Shown here: in pieces, positions 47,495-57,837 of the stretch | Layout of the letters: every line of letters starts with the position of its first letter | Position numbering within the stretch: position 1 is the first letter of the stretch | From: Shigella phage ESh25 | Length of the DNA: 64,000 bases | Sequence record: ON528735 | Reading direction: 5' to 3' (one strand) | The notes under the pieces: model-generated | What the model was told of the DNA's origin: nothing | Database searches by the model: none | Seen by the model: only the letters and a program-made list of their open reading frames with translations | Position numbers and translations under genes: made by a program

Positions 47495-48049
47495 TCACTT
47501 TGAAATCATAGTTGGAATGACAGAATCAAGATAATTCTTTAGCGCAATAGCTTCGTCTTTGGTAAATGTGACAATATGTGCTCGAGAATCATCATTTTGG
47601 CGAACAAGTACGACATCGCCATCTTCATAAGAAGTCTTGACATCCAAAGTCGTAGTATAGTTTGCAGCTACTGGATTAATAATGCTAGCACCGCGATCTT
47701 TAGCCCATTGAAGTTTAACCTTTTCGGGTGTTTCGACTGTTTCAGATTCCAAGAATTCTTTCACCTTGGCAACGAATGTTGCCCAATTGTTGATAGAAAG
47801 ACACATAAATTCAGTTTCAATATTACCGCCGTAAAGGCCACGATAAAAACGAACTTGGAGGTCGCCTGTAATATTAGTTACACCGGTAACTCCTGAGGGA
47901 GCATAAGATAAAATCGCAGCCAGTTCCATAGGAAGAATAGTAATACTATCGTCTTCCTGCGTCAGAACGTATACATTATCACGTTTTTCGATAACCAGGT
48001 CACCGAACAAATCAGTTGTTTCAATTACAGCTTTCATATTATTTACCAA
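47495..48049 (-). CDS. hypothetical protein, paralog pair member
   Basis: 184 aa; C-terminus ...TKDEAIALKNYLDSVIPTM. Confidence 0.5.
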   Translation of the reverse strand: MVNNMKAVIETTDLFGDLVIEKRDNVYVLTQEDDSITILPMELAAILSYAPSGVTGVTNITGDLQVRFYRGLYGGNIETEFMCLSINNWATFVAKVKEFLESETVETPEKVKLQWAKDRGASIINPVAANYTTTLDVKTSYEDGDVVLVRQNDDSRAHIVTFTKDEAIALKNYLDSVIPTMISK

Positions 48050-48224
48050 TTAAAGTTTCAATATAAGAATCAAGATTTACTTTAGCTTCTTCCATAAGAA
48101 TTTTGTATTTAATCTTGTTAGCATGTCCGGAGAAAGCTGATTCATCAATAATTGTTGATGTATGAACAGCTCTACTATACGTCTCAATTAATTCTCTTAA
48201 TTTAAAAGCCTGCTCACTTGTCAT
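48039..48224 (-). CDS. small helical protein, family member
   Basis: 61 aa; MTSEQAFKLRELIE... Confidence 0.45.
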   Translation of the reverse strand: MTSEQAFKLRELIETYSRAVHTSTIIDESAFSGHANKIKYKILMEEAKVNLDSYIETLIGK

Positions 48225-48387
48225 TACATACTCCTTTGAACCATATCAATAATGTTATTCACCAGATTATAAGTAAACATTGGGTAATTATATTGAATCA
48301 TCACATACACAACAAACAAAACTTTCATTCTCTTCTCCTTGGCAGTTGACAAGATTACTATACCATAACCTTGCCAACTTGTAAACC

Positions 48388-48561
48388 ATTAAATGGCGTT
48401 TTCAATAAAATTCTGAAGCTTTGTGTGAGCATCAACCATGATTTTCATTTCTTCTTTGGCGAAAGCTGTACCTCTTTCCCGAGAAGAACATTCATAGTCA
48501 GAAACTGCATTAGCATATTCTTCAATTAGTTTCATTAAAAACATCTGCTTTTCAGTTTTCA
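48388..48561 (-). CDS. small helical protein, family member
   Basis: 57 aa by manual translation (MKTEKQMFLMKLIEEY...); below track threshold. Confidence 0.4.
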
Positions 48562-48746
48562 TTATTCCACCTAATCATTTCAAGATATTGAACTAACTTA
48601 GCTTTAGATTTATCCAAATCCTTTTTAGCTGTTGCTATACCGTCGTATGAATATCCTTCACAATGCTCAACTGCTAATTGGTATGAATCTATTTCAATAT
48701 CACGTGCTAATTTAATGATTTTTTCAAACTGTTCACGTGTTAGCAT
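48552..48746 (-). CDS. small helical protein, family member
   Basis: 64 aa; MLTREQFEKIIKLARD... Confidence 0.45.
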   Translation of the reverse strand: MLTREQFEKIIKLARDIEIDSYQLAVEHCEGYSYDGIATAKKDLDKSKAKLVQYLEMIRWNNEN

Positions 48747-48748
48747 AC

Positions 48749-48952
48749 TTAAGCTCTCGTATTATGATCAATAATTTCATCAAGAAACATATCTAACGCT
48801 TCTATAGCATTATCCACTTTAGTTTCAAAGTCTTTAATGCCTTTATTCGAAATACCCGATGAATACCAAGCAAAGTCAATCAGCTCTTCATCTGCTTTAC
48901 GAATTGAAGCCACTAATTCCTTGATTTTATCTGCTTGCTCTATACTAATCAT
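48749..48952 (-). CDS. small helical protein, family member
   Basis: Track ORF trimmed to [14 protein letters not shown]... Confidence 0.45.
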   Translation of the reverse strand: MISIEQADKIKELVASIRKADEELIDFAWYSSGISNKGIKDFETKVDNAIEALDMFLDEIIDHNTRA

Positions 48953-49140
48953 TATTCCACCACATATGACAGAGAGAATATTGCACACGCCATGTGAGTT
49001 GCAACTTCATCACACATATTATAACGTTTCTTAAGAAGTTCTACAAGTTCTTCACTAGTAACTTCATCCATGTCGACGAAAAAATCACCATTAATGATGA
49101 CGTAGATATTTCCTTCTTGATTAAGTGCTTCAATTTTCAT
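48952..49140 (-). CDS. hypothetical acidic protein
   Basis: Track ORF trimmed to MKIEALNQ... after SD AAAGAGGAG; upstream track codons lie in promoter/leader. Confidence 0.45.
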
Positions 49141-49214
49141 GATGTTCTCCTCTTTATCTAATAGTTGTATAGTATCACGGCTCAAACGAAAAGTAAACCG
49201 GTAAAATGAAAAAA

Positions 49215-49230
49215 GTCTCCCGAAGGAGAC
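49215..49230 (-). terminator. intrinsic terminator hairpin
   Basis: gtctcccgaaggagac. Confidence 0.45.
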
Positions 49231-49235
49231 TAATG

Positions 49236-49622
49236 CTATTCGAGGGAAAGAAGATATTTACTTTGGTAAAACATTCCAGTAATATCATCTATCGTGCTTT
49301 GGATGGCTGGAGGCATTTCTTTATAAATGCTGTTAGATTGGTCTAGTATGCGATCAATCATTTTAATTGTGTCGGTAGGAAGTTTACTGGCATCTGGAAT
49401 TGAAGGCGTGTATTTTCTACCAGAATACCCCAAATATTGCTCACCAAATTTATCAATCAAATCTGGCAACTCGGAGAAAATAAAATCGTATGCTTTGTGT
49501 CTAGCATAACTTTTAGTTTCAAAATGTGCAGAATGAAAATAAGCTTGTGCAGCCATTAATAAACCTAAGTATTCATCTGCCTTTGAAGGTTTTCCACTTT
49601 GTGAAAAGTCGCTGAATTTCAT
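49236..49622 (-). CDS. hypothetical protein (rI.-1 position)
   Basis: 128 aa ORF. Confidence 0.5.
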
Positions 49623-49912
49623 TCAGTCTCCAATTTAATGTTCATAATTCTAGCGTATGATTGTGCCATCTCCGCGCCTCGTTCTATACATTCAAAATCA
49701 GAAGAGCACGGGTCATTTTTATAGGTCGTTCTCATAAAACTATAGAACTGTTCAGATGATTCTACGCTTTTATTTTCAAAAAGCATATAAACATGTCTAA
49801 TACCAGATTCCATAAATTTATCAAAATGAGGATCGACATTCGCTTCAATTGGTGGAGATAAAGCAAATGACAATCCTAGCATGGCAAAAAGTGCCGTTGC
49901 TTTTAAGGCCAT
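49619..49912 (-). CDS. rI: lysis inhibition regulator RI
   Basis: 97 aa; signal-anchor MALKATALFAMLGLSFALSPPIEA; recognised as T4 RI. Confidence 0.85.
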   Translation of the reverse strand: MALKATALFAMLGLSFALSPPIEANVDPHFDKFMESGIRHVYMLFENKSVESSEQFYSFMRTTYKNDPCSSDFECIERGAEMAQSYARIMNIKLETE

Positions 49913-49924
49913 AAAGGCCTCCTA

Positions 49925-50137
49925 TCATTTTTGTCCTGTATTTACTTTATGCCGATGCACGGCCTTAACTTTATCAAGGTATTTTTCAAAATTTCGCAAT
50001 CTAGTATAGTCTGCCGGAGATTGGTTGAGTGATACTTCTCGACGCAAAGCTGAAATGATATTTCCAACTTCCCTACGAATTTCATCTAATTGAAGCACAG
50101 TAAGATTGCGAAGTTGCTTTTCAGTTAATTGTAGCAT
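49925..50137 (-). CDS. hypothetical protein (rI.1 position)
   Basis: 70 aa ORF. Confidence 0.45.
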
Positions 50138-50179
50138 ATATACCCCTTTAGTTAGATAAACCTATTTATAACTTTTGCA

Positions 50180-50761
50180 CTAACCGAGCTTTTTAGTTAA
50201 TTCATTCCAATGTTTTCTGCACAAAGAAACATAAATTTCATCACCAATACAGATTTGATTACCTTCTTTAACCGGTGTTCCATCTTCCATTAATCGAGCT
50301 GTCATAATAGCCTTTTTACCACAATGACAAACTGCCTTTAGTTCAATAAGTTTATCTGCAATCGCCAAAAGTTCTTTAGAACCTTCAAATAATTTTCCAG
50401 CGAAATCAGTCCTTAGCCCATAAGCCATAACAGGAACATTATATGTATCAACAATTCGACTTAATTGATGCACCTGTTCAGTTTTTAAAAACTGAGCTTC
50501 ATCTACAAATACACAATGAATATCTTTTTGTGCTTCAGCCCATTTATAGAACTCGAAAATATCCATATCATCTGTAATAATATTCGCTTCCTGTTTAATT
50601 CCAATGCGAGAAACGACTTCACAGACAGAATCACGAGTATCAATAGCAGGCTTAAGAACTAATACACCCATTCCGCGTTCTTTATAATTATGTGCAGCAG
50701 TCAAAAGAGAAGCAGATTTTCCAGCATTCATTGCTGCGTAAGTAAAAATTAAACTCGCCAT
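50180..50761 (-). CDS. tk: thymidine kinase
   Basis: 193 aa; P-loop AMNAGKS, C-terminal Zn ribbon CHCG...C. Confidence 0.9.
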   Translation of the reverse strand: MASLIFTYAAMNAGKSASLLTAAHNYKERGMGVLVLKPAIDTRDSVCEVVSRIGIKQEANIITDDMDIFEFYKWAEAQKDIHCVFVDEAQFLKTEQVHQLSRIVDTYNVPVMAYGLRTDFAGKLFEGSKELLAIADKLIELKAVCHCGKKAIMTARLMEDGTPVKEGNQICIGDEIYVSLCRKHWNELTKKLG

Positions 50762-50770
50762 ATCACCTTC

Positions 50771-50956
50771 TTAAAGCGTATTCACATAAGCTATTAATTC
50801 GTTTTCTTTCTTATCAAACCGATCAGCAAATTCTTCTTGCTGATCGGGAGATAGCGGGCCGTATTCATCATAAAAGGTGTTTGCTTCTGTATGCTCATCT
50901 AGAAGTTCATGGATAAGCTCAAACAATTTATCTTTTTGTTCTTTACTCAGACTCAT
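50771..50956 (-). CDS. hypothetical acidic protein
   Basis: 61 aa ORF. Confidence 0.45.
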   Translation of the reverse strand: MSLSKEQKDKLFELIHELLDEHTEANTFYDEYGPLSPDQQEEFADRFDKKENELIAYVNTL

Positions 50957-51122
50957 ATATTAATTTCCAGGAGTTTTAAAATAATTCGCTTTTGCTTAAA
51001 TATTTCCATAGTTAAATGACCAGTATCTTTTTGACCGATTCCAATGGCAAAACCTTTATTGACAGCGAGTTCAATTAAATTATCAAGCTCACGTAACACT
51101 TCATATTGTAACTCAAAACTAT

Positions 51123-51350
51123 TCATTTCGGTTTACCTTCTTTAACGAAATCAGGATAAGGATAAAATCCTGAATAAAATCCTTCACCTTTATGATTGAT
51201 GCATCCTTTATTAGAACAATAGCACCAATAATCGAAATCACAAGCCATTTCATCATTACATAAAGCAAAAACAACTGGCCATTCACACTTTTCGCAGTGG
51301 GCATTTTTAAGAATACTAGTTTGGCTCATAACCATGTAACCTTTAAACAA
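51123..51350 (-). CDS. Cys-rich small protein
   Basis: 75 aa; HCEKCEW...C...CYC...C; start unverified. Confidence 0.45.
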   Translation of the reverse strand: MFKGYMVMSQTSILKNAHCEKCEWPVVFALCNDEMACDFDYWCYCSNKGCINHKGEGFYSGFYPYPDFVKEGKPK

Positions 51351-51538
51351 TATTCTTCTACATGTTGTTTACGACCTTTCCTATCAATAAAGGTATATTC
51401 AACGAATGTTCCAATATAGTCTTTATCTACATCATGTGGACTATTAATTGGGCATTTAGTACGGCAAATGCGTTCCCATTGACGAATAATTTCCACTTTG
51501 TTTTTAGGATCAAACGGATGCGGGTAATGTACTTTCAT
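51326..51538 (-). CDS. hypothetical protein
   Basis: 70 aa ORF. Confidence 0.45.
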   Translation of the reverse strand: MKVHYPHPFDPKNKVEIIRQWERICRTKCPINSPHDVDKDYIGTFVEYTFIDRKGRKQHVEEYCLKVTWL

Positions 51539-51989
51539 AATCCACCACTATTAAATCAATATCAGGAGTAAACATGTCGATTAATTTAGAAACCTTATCC
51601 CAATCGCCGCCAGCAATACCGCAACCTATGCGTGGAATGTAAATTACTGGTTTAAACAAAAGGGTTTCTGCCTGTAGATTTAATTCTATCATGCAGTTTA
51701 CTAAAGCACCATAATCAAGATTAGGACCCGGTTCGTATTGTGTATACAGGTTATAGCATATACCAAATCCCGTAGGACTATGTTTAAAAACAATAGACAT
51801 ATCGCCTAATTTATCACGAGAACCGTACTCGGTAGTGGTTTTATCTATTTCTAAAATTTTGGGATAGGCTCTTGCTAATTGACCCGCTACGCCAGAGCCC
51901 ATTGTGTGGAAGCAATTGCACCCGTGCGCAATAATATTACCTTGAAGAAATAGGGCGACAATATCGCCCTTGATATATTTTACAATCAT
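51510..51989 (-). CDS. macro-domain protein (ADP-ribose binding/processing)
   Basis: 159 aa; GCNCFHTMGSGVAGQL motif typical of macro domains. Confidence 0.6.
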   Translation of the reverse strand: MIVKYIKGDIVALFLQGNIIAHGCNCFHTMGSGVAGQLARAYPKILEIDKTTTEYGSRDKLGDMSIVFKHSPTGFGICYNLYTQYEPGPNLDYGALVNCMIELNLQAETLLFKPVIYIPRIGCGIAGGDWDKVSKLIDMFTPDIDLIVVDYESTLPASV

Positions 51990-52327
51990 CTAGTACTCAA
52001 TCCTCGATTATAAGAATCTACTAAACGGTCAACCATTGAATGACAAGCGGCTTTATCTTTCTCCTCCGCAACTGAACATTCTAAAGTATTCCACTTTTTA
52101 GCATATCGTTTTAACAATGTATCATTTTTATATCTGCTTGATTTATCTCTTTCTCCGTCTTTATATGCATATATTAATTTCTGCGCAAATTCAGCTTGGC
52201 ATGCTTTATTTTTCCCACAATAATCCGCGGCAGTACGGTTTACATACTCTCTAATTTCAGTATATGATGTATCTGCTAACACAGAAAATGAAATTAATCC
52301 TATACATAAAACCAAAATTTTAGTCAT
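51986..52327 (-). CDS. secreted protein (vs-region)
   Basis: 113 aa with signal peptide. Confidence 0.5.
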   Translation of the reverse strand: MTKILVLCIGLISFSVLADTSYTEIREYVNRTAADYCGKNKACQAEFAQKLIYAYKDGERDKSSRYKNDTLLKRYAKKWNTLECSVAEEKDKAACHSMVDRLVDSYNRGLSTR

Positions 52328-52865
52328 TTACTATTTCCAAAAGTTTATTATTTTTAAGGTAATTAGCCTTTTCTAGGACTTCAGAAGCATATTTAGAACC
52401 TGCTTTAACATTCCATCCCGAATTATAAGAGGATATTGCTTTTCTTATATCGCCCTTATGTATATTTAACCAATAAGAAAGTTCAATGTACGCCCAGGAA
52501 GCTGAATTGGACCGTTTATTCAACATTCTTTTTATTTCAGCATCGGTCATATTATAACCAAGTTCCTTAACTCTTGCTCGCATAGTAGGCAAATAATTTT
52601 GGAACATTCCATAAGCGTGATGCTTTGGTTTAGATTTTAAATTAACTCCGCCAGAGCTTTCTTGCCATAAAATAGCAGCCATTATATGACCTAATCCGCT
52701 CTTGTGGATATTTTTGTGTGTTTTATATTTTCCATCCTTAGAAAATTGTTCCCCGAATTGATACGCGTAACGCATGTTATCGAGTTGGACATTACTGAAA
52801 GTATGCTCGGAGCTATGTGCCATCATTGAAATGGCCAATAGACCAGCGAGTAGTGCTTTTCTCAT
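52320..52865 (-). CDS. secreted lytic transglycosylase-like protein
   Basis: 181 aa; signal peptide; QESSGG motif. Confidence 0.5.
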   Translation of the reverse strand: MRKALLAGLLAISMMAHSSEHTFSNVQLDNMRYAYQFGEQFSKDGKYKTHKNIHKSGLGHIMAAILWQESSGGVNLKSKPKHHAYGMFQNYLPTMRARVKELGYNMTDAEIKRMLNKRSNSASWAYIELSYWLNIHKGDIRKAISSYNSGWNVKAGSKYASEVLEKANYLKNNKLLEIVND

Positions 52866-52872
52866 GCTTACC

Positions 52873-53334
52873 TCATTGAGTTTTAATTACTGCTTTAGAA
52901 GCCTTTCCTGGTAAACGACGACTGTTGATAATTGCCATCCTACATTGAAGTGACGGGTTTTTGAACTTCTCATTAGGTTTACAAACCGTAAATCCAAGCC
53001 AAAGATTTCCATCTGTAATTTCCAAACGCCCAGGACGATATTCAACCCCATCAATAAAATCCTCGTCAATGTCAGGACGTGGAGGCATACTCAGGAATTC
53101 ATTAACTTCTAAAACATGGTCTTTTATTTTATGGAATAATTCAAAAACGTATGTCTCATCAATCTCCCGTTGAATTGCGCGATCAAGAAGATGTTGAGAA
53201 TATTTTAGATGAAACGATGAGACCCCTGCTGCTTTTGATGCCTCACGAATCTCATTGTTAATTTGACGAAACTCCGACTCAAAGTGACGACGGAGCTTAT
53301 TTCGACGGATAAAAACTTCTGTGTTGATAGTCAT
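52873..53334 (-). CDS. regB: endoribonuclease RegB
   Basis: 153 aa; T4 synteny and size. Confidence 0.8.
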   Translation of the reverse strand: MTINTEVFIRRNKLRRHFESEFRQINNEIREASKAAGVSSFHLKYSQHLLDRAIQREIDETYVFELFHKIKDHVLEVNEFLSMPPRPDIDEDFIDGVEYRPGRLEITDGNLWLGFTVCKPNEKFKNPSLQCRMAIINSRRLPGKASKAVIKTQ

Positions 53335-53361
53335 GTTATTCTCCTCTTAACTGATAGAAAA

Positions 53362-53391
53362 ATTATACCACAGTCAAGAGGAAAAGTAAAC
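53362..53391 (-). promoter_or_regulatory. early promoter (-35 GTTTAC, -10 TATAAT) for regB
   Basis: Consensus hexamers, then SD GAGGAG and regB ATG. Confidence 0.55.
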
Positions 53392-53393
53392 AG

Positions 53394-53672
53394 TTATTCT
53401 TTAAATCTAATCAATTTATTCATAGACTTTGAAACTTCTGCACGAACCTCATGTAAGTTTTTAAGCTGTTCAAGACGCTGCTCATAGTAAGCAATTTCAT
53501 CTTCTTCGAGACAGTCCTGTGAATCTTCTTTAAGATAACGTGCATAGTCCTGAAAAGCTTTACGGACTACTTCCTGGAAGTCATCAAGACTTTGAATTTT
53601 CTTAGGAGCGGCAGATACACGACGAGGTGCAGTATAATACTCATAACCAAACCCTGCACTTAATTGAGCCAT
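53394..53672 (-). CDS. hypothetical protein
   Basis: Track ORF trimmed to MAQLSAG... (TAATG overlap with upstream gene). Confidence 0.45.
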   Translation of the reverse strand: MAQLSAGFGYEYYTAPRRVSAAPKKIQSLDDFQEVVRKAFQDYARYLKEDSQDCLEEDEIAYYEQRLEQLKNLHEVRAEVSKSMNKLIRFKE

Positions 53673-53935
53673 TAGTATTTTTCCTCTGGTTGGAACACTG
53701 CACGACAAGCCCACATACTGGCTTCTTTGAGTTTCGTTTTAGCAATAGTTAACTGATCGAGGCTTTCAGCATAATTCTTCGCGAGTTCATCATCTTCACA
53801 ATTATCTAGTGCTTCCCAGAATTCATCGTATAAAGCGTCAAAGATAAGTCCTAAACGAACTTCAGCGTCTTTAATAGCATTTACTTTACCGATTTTTTTC
53901 GTCGGTATGTGGCTTATAACCTTTAATATCTTCAA
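53672..53935 (-). CDS. hypothetical protein
   Basis: 87 aa ORF. Confidence 0.45.
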   Translation of the reverse strand: MKILKVISHIPTKKIGKVNAIKDAEVRLGLIFDALYDEFWEALDNCEDDELAKNYAESLDQLTIAKTKLKEASMWACRAVFQPEEKY

Positions 53936-54153
53936 TCATATTTGACTTCCTCACCAGTACATAAATCATATTCAACTAAACGAATAGGTTCATGAATGCC
54001 ATATCCTTGAACAGAAATTTCTGTCGTAGGATAAATTCCATTAATATCACCCATATTCCAGGCTTCATTAAATTGCTGTTCGCCTGAATTACTAAACCAC
54101 TCGGCGAAAGCATTTAGCACATCTTTAGAACCTTCAATAATTATCTTTGCCAT
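53932..54153 (-). CDS. hypothetical protein
   Basis: 73 aa ORF. Confidence 0.45.
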   Translation of the reverse strand: MAKIIIEGSKDVLNAFAEWFSNSGEQQFNEAWNMGDINGIYPTTEISVQGYGIHEPIRLVEYDLCTGEEVKYD

Positions 54154-54515
54154 TACAAACTCTCAGTAAAGGTACGAGCAATAACGTCGCGCTGCTGTTC
54201 CGGAGTCAGAGAGTTAAAGCGAACTGCATAACCGGATACACGGATGGTCAGCTGCGGATATTTTTCCGGATGCTTAACTGCATCTTCCAGAGTTTCGCGA
54301 CGCAGAACGTTAACGTTCAGGTGTTGACCACCTTCAATTTTAACTGTAGGCTGTTGCTCAATTTCAATTTCACGGGCATGCAAACCATAGAAAATTTCTG
54401 GGTCTACAAAAGAGTCCTCTTTAAAGGTTTTAGAGACAATAATTCGTGCTTGAATACCATCTTCAAAATAAATAGTACCTTTATGTGTGCCTTCAAGAAT
54501 TTGATATGCTTTCAT
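54153..54515 (-). CDS. autonomous glycyl-radical cofactor-like protein (GrcA/YfiD-like)
   Basis: 120 aa; C-terminal [25 protein letters not shown] glycyl radical signature. Confidence 0.65.
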   Translation of the reverse strand: MKAYQILEGTHKGTIYFEDGIQARIIVSKTFKEDSFVDPEIFYGLHAREIEIEQQPTVKIEGGQHLNVNVLRRETLEDAVKHPEKYPQLTIRVSGYAVRFNSLTPEQQRDVIARTFTESL

Positions 54516-54522
54516 ATAAACC

Positions 54523-54903
54523 TCAATTAGAAAATAAATTTATCCAAGATTGTTCTTTAATTAAAAATGGCTCAGAATCATATGCCATTAAACTTTGGGT
54601 GATTAGTCCTTTAAAAGGCCCATCAATAAATTCCATGGTAAAATATGGAATTTTATTCATTAGCCGTGCATTAGGAGCAGTACACAAAACTCTGCATCCT
54701 TTGAATACGCCTTTTTGTAATTTGTATTGCTTGGGATAAAATTCGCTCAAAATGTTATTATTTGCTAAAATTTCAAAATGATTCACCAATTTATTTTTAA
54801 TAGTTTTTGGCGAAAAATAAAGATATTCGAAAAGCTGAGTGTCTGTCATCATTGCATTCCGATTACGAAAAACTGTGGACGAGTAATACCACCAATGCAA
54901 CAT
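54523..54903 (-). CDS. hypothetical protein
   Basis: 126 aa track ORF; start probably internal. Confidence 0.45.
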   Translation of the reverse strand: MLHWWYYSSTVFRNRNAMMTDTQLFEYLYFSPKTIKNKLVNHFEILANNNILSEFYPKQYKLQKGVFKGCRVLCTAPNARLMNKIPYFTMEFIDGPFKGLITQSLMAYDSEPFLIKEQSWINLFSN

Positions 54904-55436
54904 TTAATATTACAGCAGCAGTGTACAGTGTCAATATGGACACTATAAATCTTATCCATATCAGGAGATTTGACAGGCTCATCAATTATATACAAAATTC
55001 GCGAAAGCGATAAACCTCTGAACTTGCTTCCTTTATTACCAATAAAACTGCGCACAGAATCAGTAAATAAACGAAAACGTATATCATCATTAGAATAACG
55101 CGAAAATTCCTTTTTAATATTATCTGCGGAAATTTTAGCGTAAGCTGAAGTATTAGAAAGAACAATAACTGTTCCACCGTCATACAACCAATTAGCGGCA
55201 AAATTAGTTACTGCAGTTGATTTACCAGATTGGCGTCCACCATCTAGTCGAAGTGTACAATATTGTTTAAGCAAGTCTTCAAATGGTGGGATATAATCGT
55301 TTTTACAAATTTCTTCTACTCTAGCATCAGAATGGTGTGTAAAAGCATTCATCAGGGATAGATAAGGACCAGTTAAAAATGTTCTCATTTTATTCTCTCT
55401 AAATTTGGGCCATTCCATGGCGCATGAATTGTCCAT
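54849..55436 (-). CDS. P-loop protein
   Basis: GGRQSGKST Walker A; start probably internal (MRTFLTG...). Confidence 0.45.
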   Translation of the reverse strand: MDNSCAMEWPKFRENKMRTFLTGPYLSLMNAFTHHSDARVEEICKNDYIPPFEDLLKQYCTLRLDGGRQSGKSTAVTNFAANWLYDGGTVIVLSNTSAYAKISADNIKKEFSRYSNDDIRFRLFTDSVRSFIGNKGSKFRGLSLSRILYIIDEPVKSPDMDKIYSVHIDTVHCCCNIKCCIGGITRPQFFVIGMQ

Positions 55437-55533
55437 TTCTGTATTTACCCATTACCGCACTTGGGCTCGACCTTATTACAGGTTGGCGGGAATCCCTCAC
55501 AGAATCATGAGGTCCAGGTTATTCCCATGTTAT

Positions 55534-55950
55534 TTAAATGTAAATATTTTTGCCGTAATACTTATACCAGTGTGGCTTCATTAAAATTTTTTCATCGAGT
55601 CGTTGTTGACTCAACTTAATAGCTGATTTGCATGGATTATAATCATTTTTCCATTCTACTGGAATATCGCTGATGTCAGGAACTTCAGTATCTTTTATAC
55701 TGAACCCGCGTTTTAAGCATTCCGTTATAATGTCCGATTGACGCTTTCGCAAAAATTCTAACTTATCGTAAAAGAAAGTAACATGACCAGAACCTAAAAT
55801 AAATTTAGAAGATATTTTAAAATCTTTAACGCGCTTACCGTTTGCCACATGCTTACGAACTATACCAAAAACACGCGGCAATTCACGGTATTCTGCGATT
55901 AAATGTTGATCAGCAAGTTCAGATACTAAAGTCAAATTAATACGAGTCAT
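55534..55950 (-). CDS. denV: endonuclease V (pyrimidine dimer glycosylase)
   Basis: 138 aa; recognised as T4 DenV. Confidence 0.9.
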   Translation of the reverse strand: MTRINLTLVSELADQHLIAEYRELPRVFGIVRKHVANGKRVKDFKISSKFILGSGHVTFFYDKLEFLRKRQSDIITECLKRGFSIKDTEVPDISDIPVEWKNDYNPCKSAIKLSQQRLDEKILMKPHWYKYYGKNIYI

Positions 55951-55975
55951 TTTATCCCTCCAAGTAACTGTGAAT

Positions 55976-56005
55976 ATACTATCACAATTCTAGGAGAAAG
56001 TAAAC
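55976..56005 (-). promoter_or_regulatory. early promoter for denV
   Basis: GTTTAC -35 and TAGTAT -10, then SD GGAGGG. Confidence 0.5.
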
Positions 56006-56009
56006 AACT

Positions 56010-56540
<531 letters not shown>

Positions 56541-56996
56541 TTAAAAGAGGCTGTTCATTATTCGGTAAAGTGAAGGACCCATCACATATTGCCACTGAGT
56601 ACGAGGAATAAGAGCAAAAGCATCCATCTCTGGAATCATAACACCATCTTTATTTTCAAAATAAGACTCGCAATGGCAATTTCTAAACATCTCATGCTCT
56701 ACTGGAATCGTATAATAAAACAGCTGTAAGTCTTTATTACTAGAATATTTAAATACACCTAGGTCTTCTAGAAGGTCTGGATTATAATTGCTAAAACCGG
56801 TCTCTTCTAAGCATTCTCTTCGTGCTGCATCTAGTGCGCTCAAATCAGAATTTTCTACACGGCCTTTTGGAATATCCCAGCGATGTGCCATCATTCCAGG
56901 CTTACGAGAACCAGTAACCCGTCCCATGAATAAATCTTTATCTTCTGTCATAAAGATAATACCAGCTGATAATGTTTTCATTTTAATTTCCTGCAT
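56541..56996 (-). CDS. nudE: Nudix hydrolase NudE
   Basis: 151 aa; Nudix box GRVENSDLSALDAARRECLEETGF. Confidence 0.8.
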   Translation of the reverse strand: MQEIKMKTLSAGIIFMTEDKDLFMGRVTGSRKPGMMAHRWDIPKGRVENSDLSALDAARRECLEETGFSNYNPDLLEDLGVFKYSSNKDLQLFYYTIPVEHEMFRNCHCESYFENKDGVMIPEMDAFALIPRTQWQYVMGPSLYRIMNSLF

Positions 56997-57376
56997 TCGG
57001 TGATAAAATTATTTAAATTTTGAGTATATTTCTTTTCATCAAAAATCTTTTGCTGCCTACGTAAACGCCATGGCATTTCAATGAACGTGTACCATATCCC
57101 AGATAATATTGCTGCTGTAAAAATATTAACAAGTATGGTTAAAATAATCCAATCTCCCGTTCTGTCTACTGGACTTTCTCCAAAGAAGCAAAATACAAAT
57201 GATGTCACAGGAAAACTAATAATATACCACAGAATCATAATCTTATCTGTGAACCAATCAGTGTTCGTTAATTTAGCGCGACCATTATGAATACACACGA
57301 ATTTATCATCTGTTGCAGTAGATGGCTTAACTGGTTGATATCCCATTCTAAACTCCCTAATCAGCAAATTTTTCAT
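56978..57376 (-). CDS. membrane protein
   Basis: 132 aa with TM helices. Confidence 0.5.
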   Translation of the reverse strand: MKNLLIREFRMGYQPVKPSTATDDKFVCIHNGRAKLTNTDWFTDKIMILWYIISFPVTSFVFCFFGESPVDRTGDWIILTILVNIFTAAILSGIWYTFIEMPWRLRRQQKIFDEKKYTQNLNNFITECRKLK

Positions 57377-57462
57377 ATCTTCGGAACAGCCATTCTAGTC
57401 AACTCTATCAACTGAAATGCCATCATCCCCATCATCTAAATCATACCAGCGAGTTTTTAAAA

Positions 57463-57837
57463 TCATTTGATTTTCCTACAATCATTCACGAATTCTTTCA
57501 TTGATTCATTTTCAATATAAGACATGTAGTTATTATATTCTTTTAATTGTATTTTGTAATCCTTTTTTCTTTGCCAATTTATTTTAAAATTATCATAATG
57601 AAAATATAAAATAATACCAAAGAATGAAAATAATGAAATCGCTATAGTATAATGAAGTTCACTCCAAACTTCTATTATATCTACTATACCGCTGACATTA
57701 CTGCGGATGTTTAAAATAATACAGTCAATCATTAATCCAATAAGACTACCAGCAAGAGCTGCAGCCAACGCCACAGCAAAAATTAAAAATGACTCAGAAA
57801 AAGAATATTTGACTTTATTTAGTTTTGGCTTTTGCAT
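57463..57837 (-). CDS. membrane protein
   Basis: 124 aa with TM helices. Confidence 0.5.
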   Translation of the reverse strand: MQKPKLNKVKYSFSESFLIFAVALAAALAGSLIGLMIDCIILNIRSNVSGIVDIIEVWSELHYTIAISLFSFFGIILYFHYDNFKINWQRKKDYKIQLKEYNNYMSYIENESMKEFVNDCRKIK

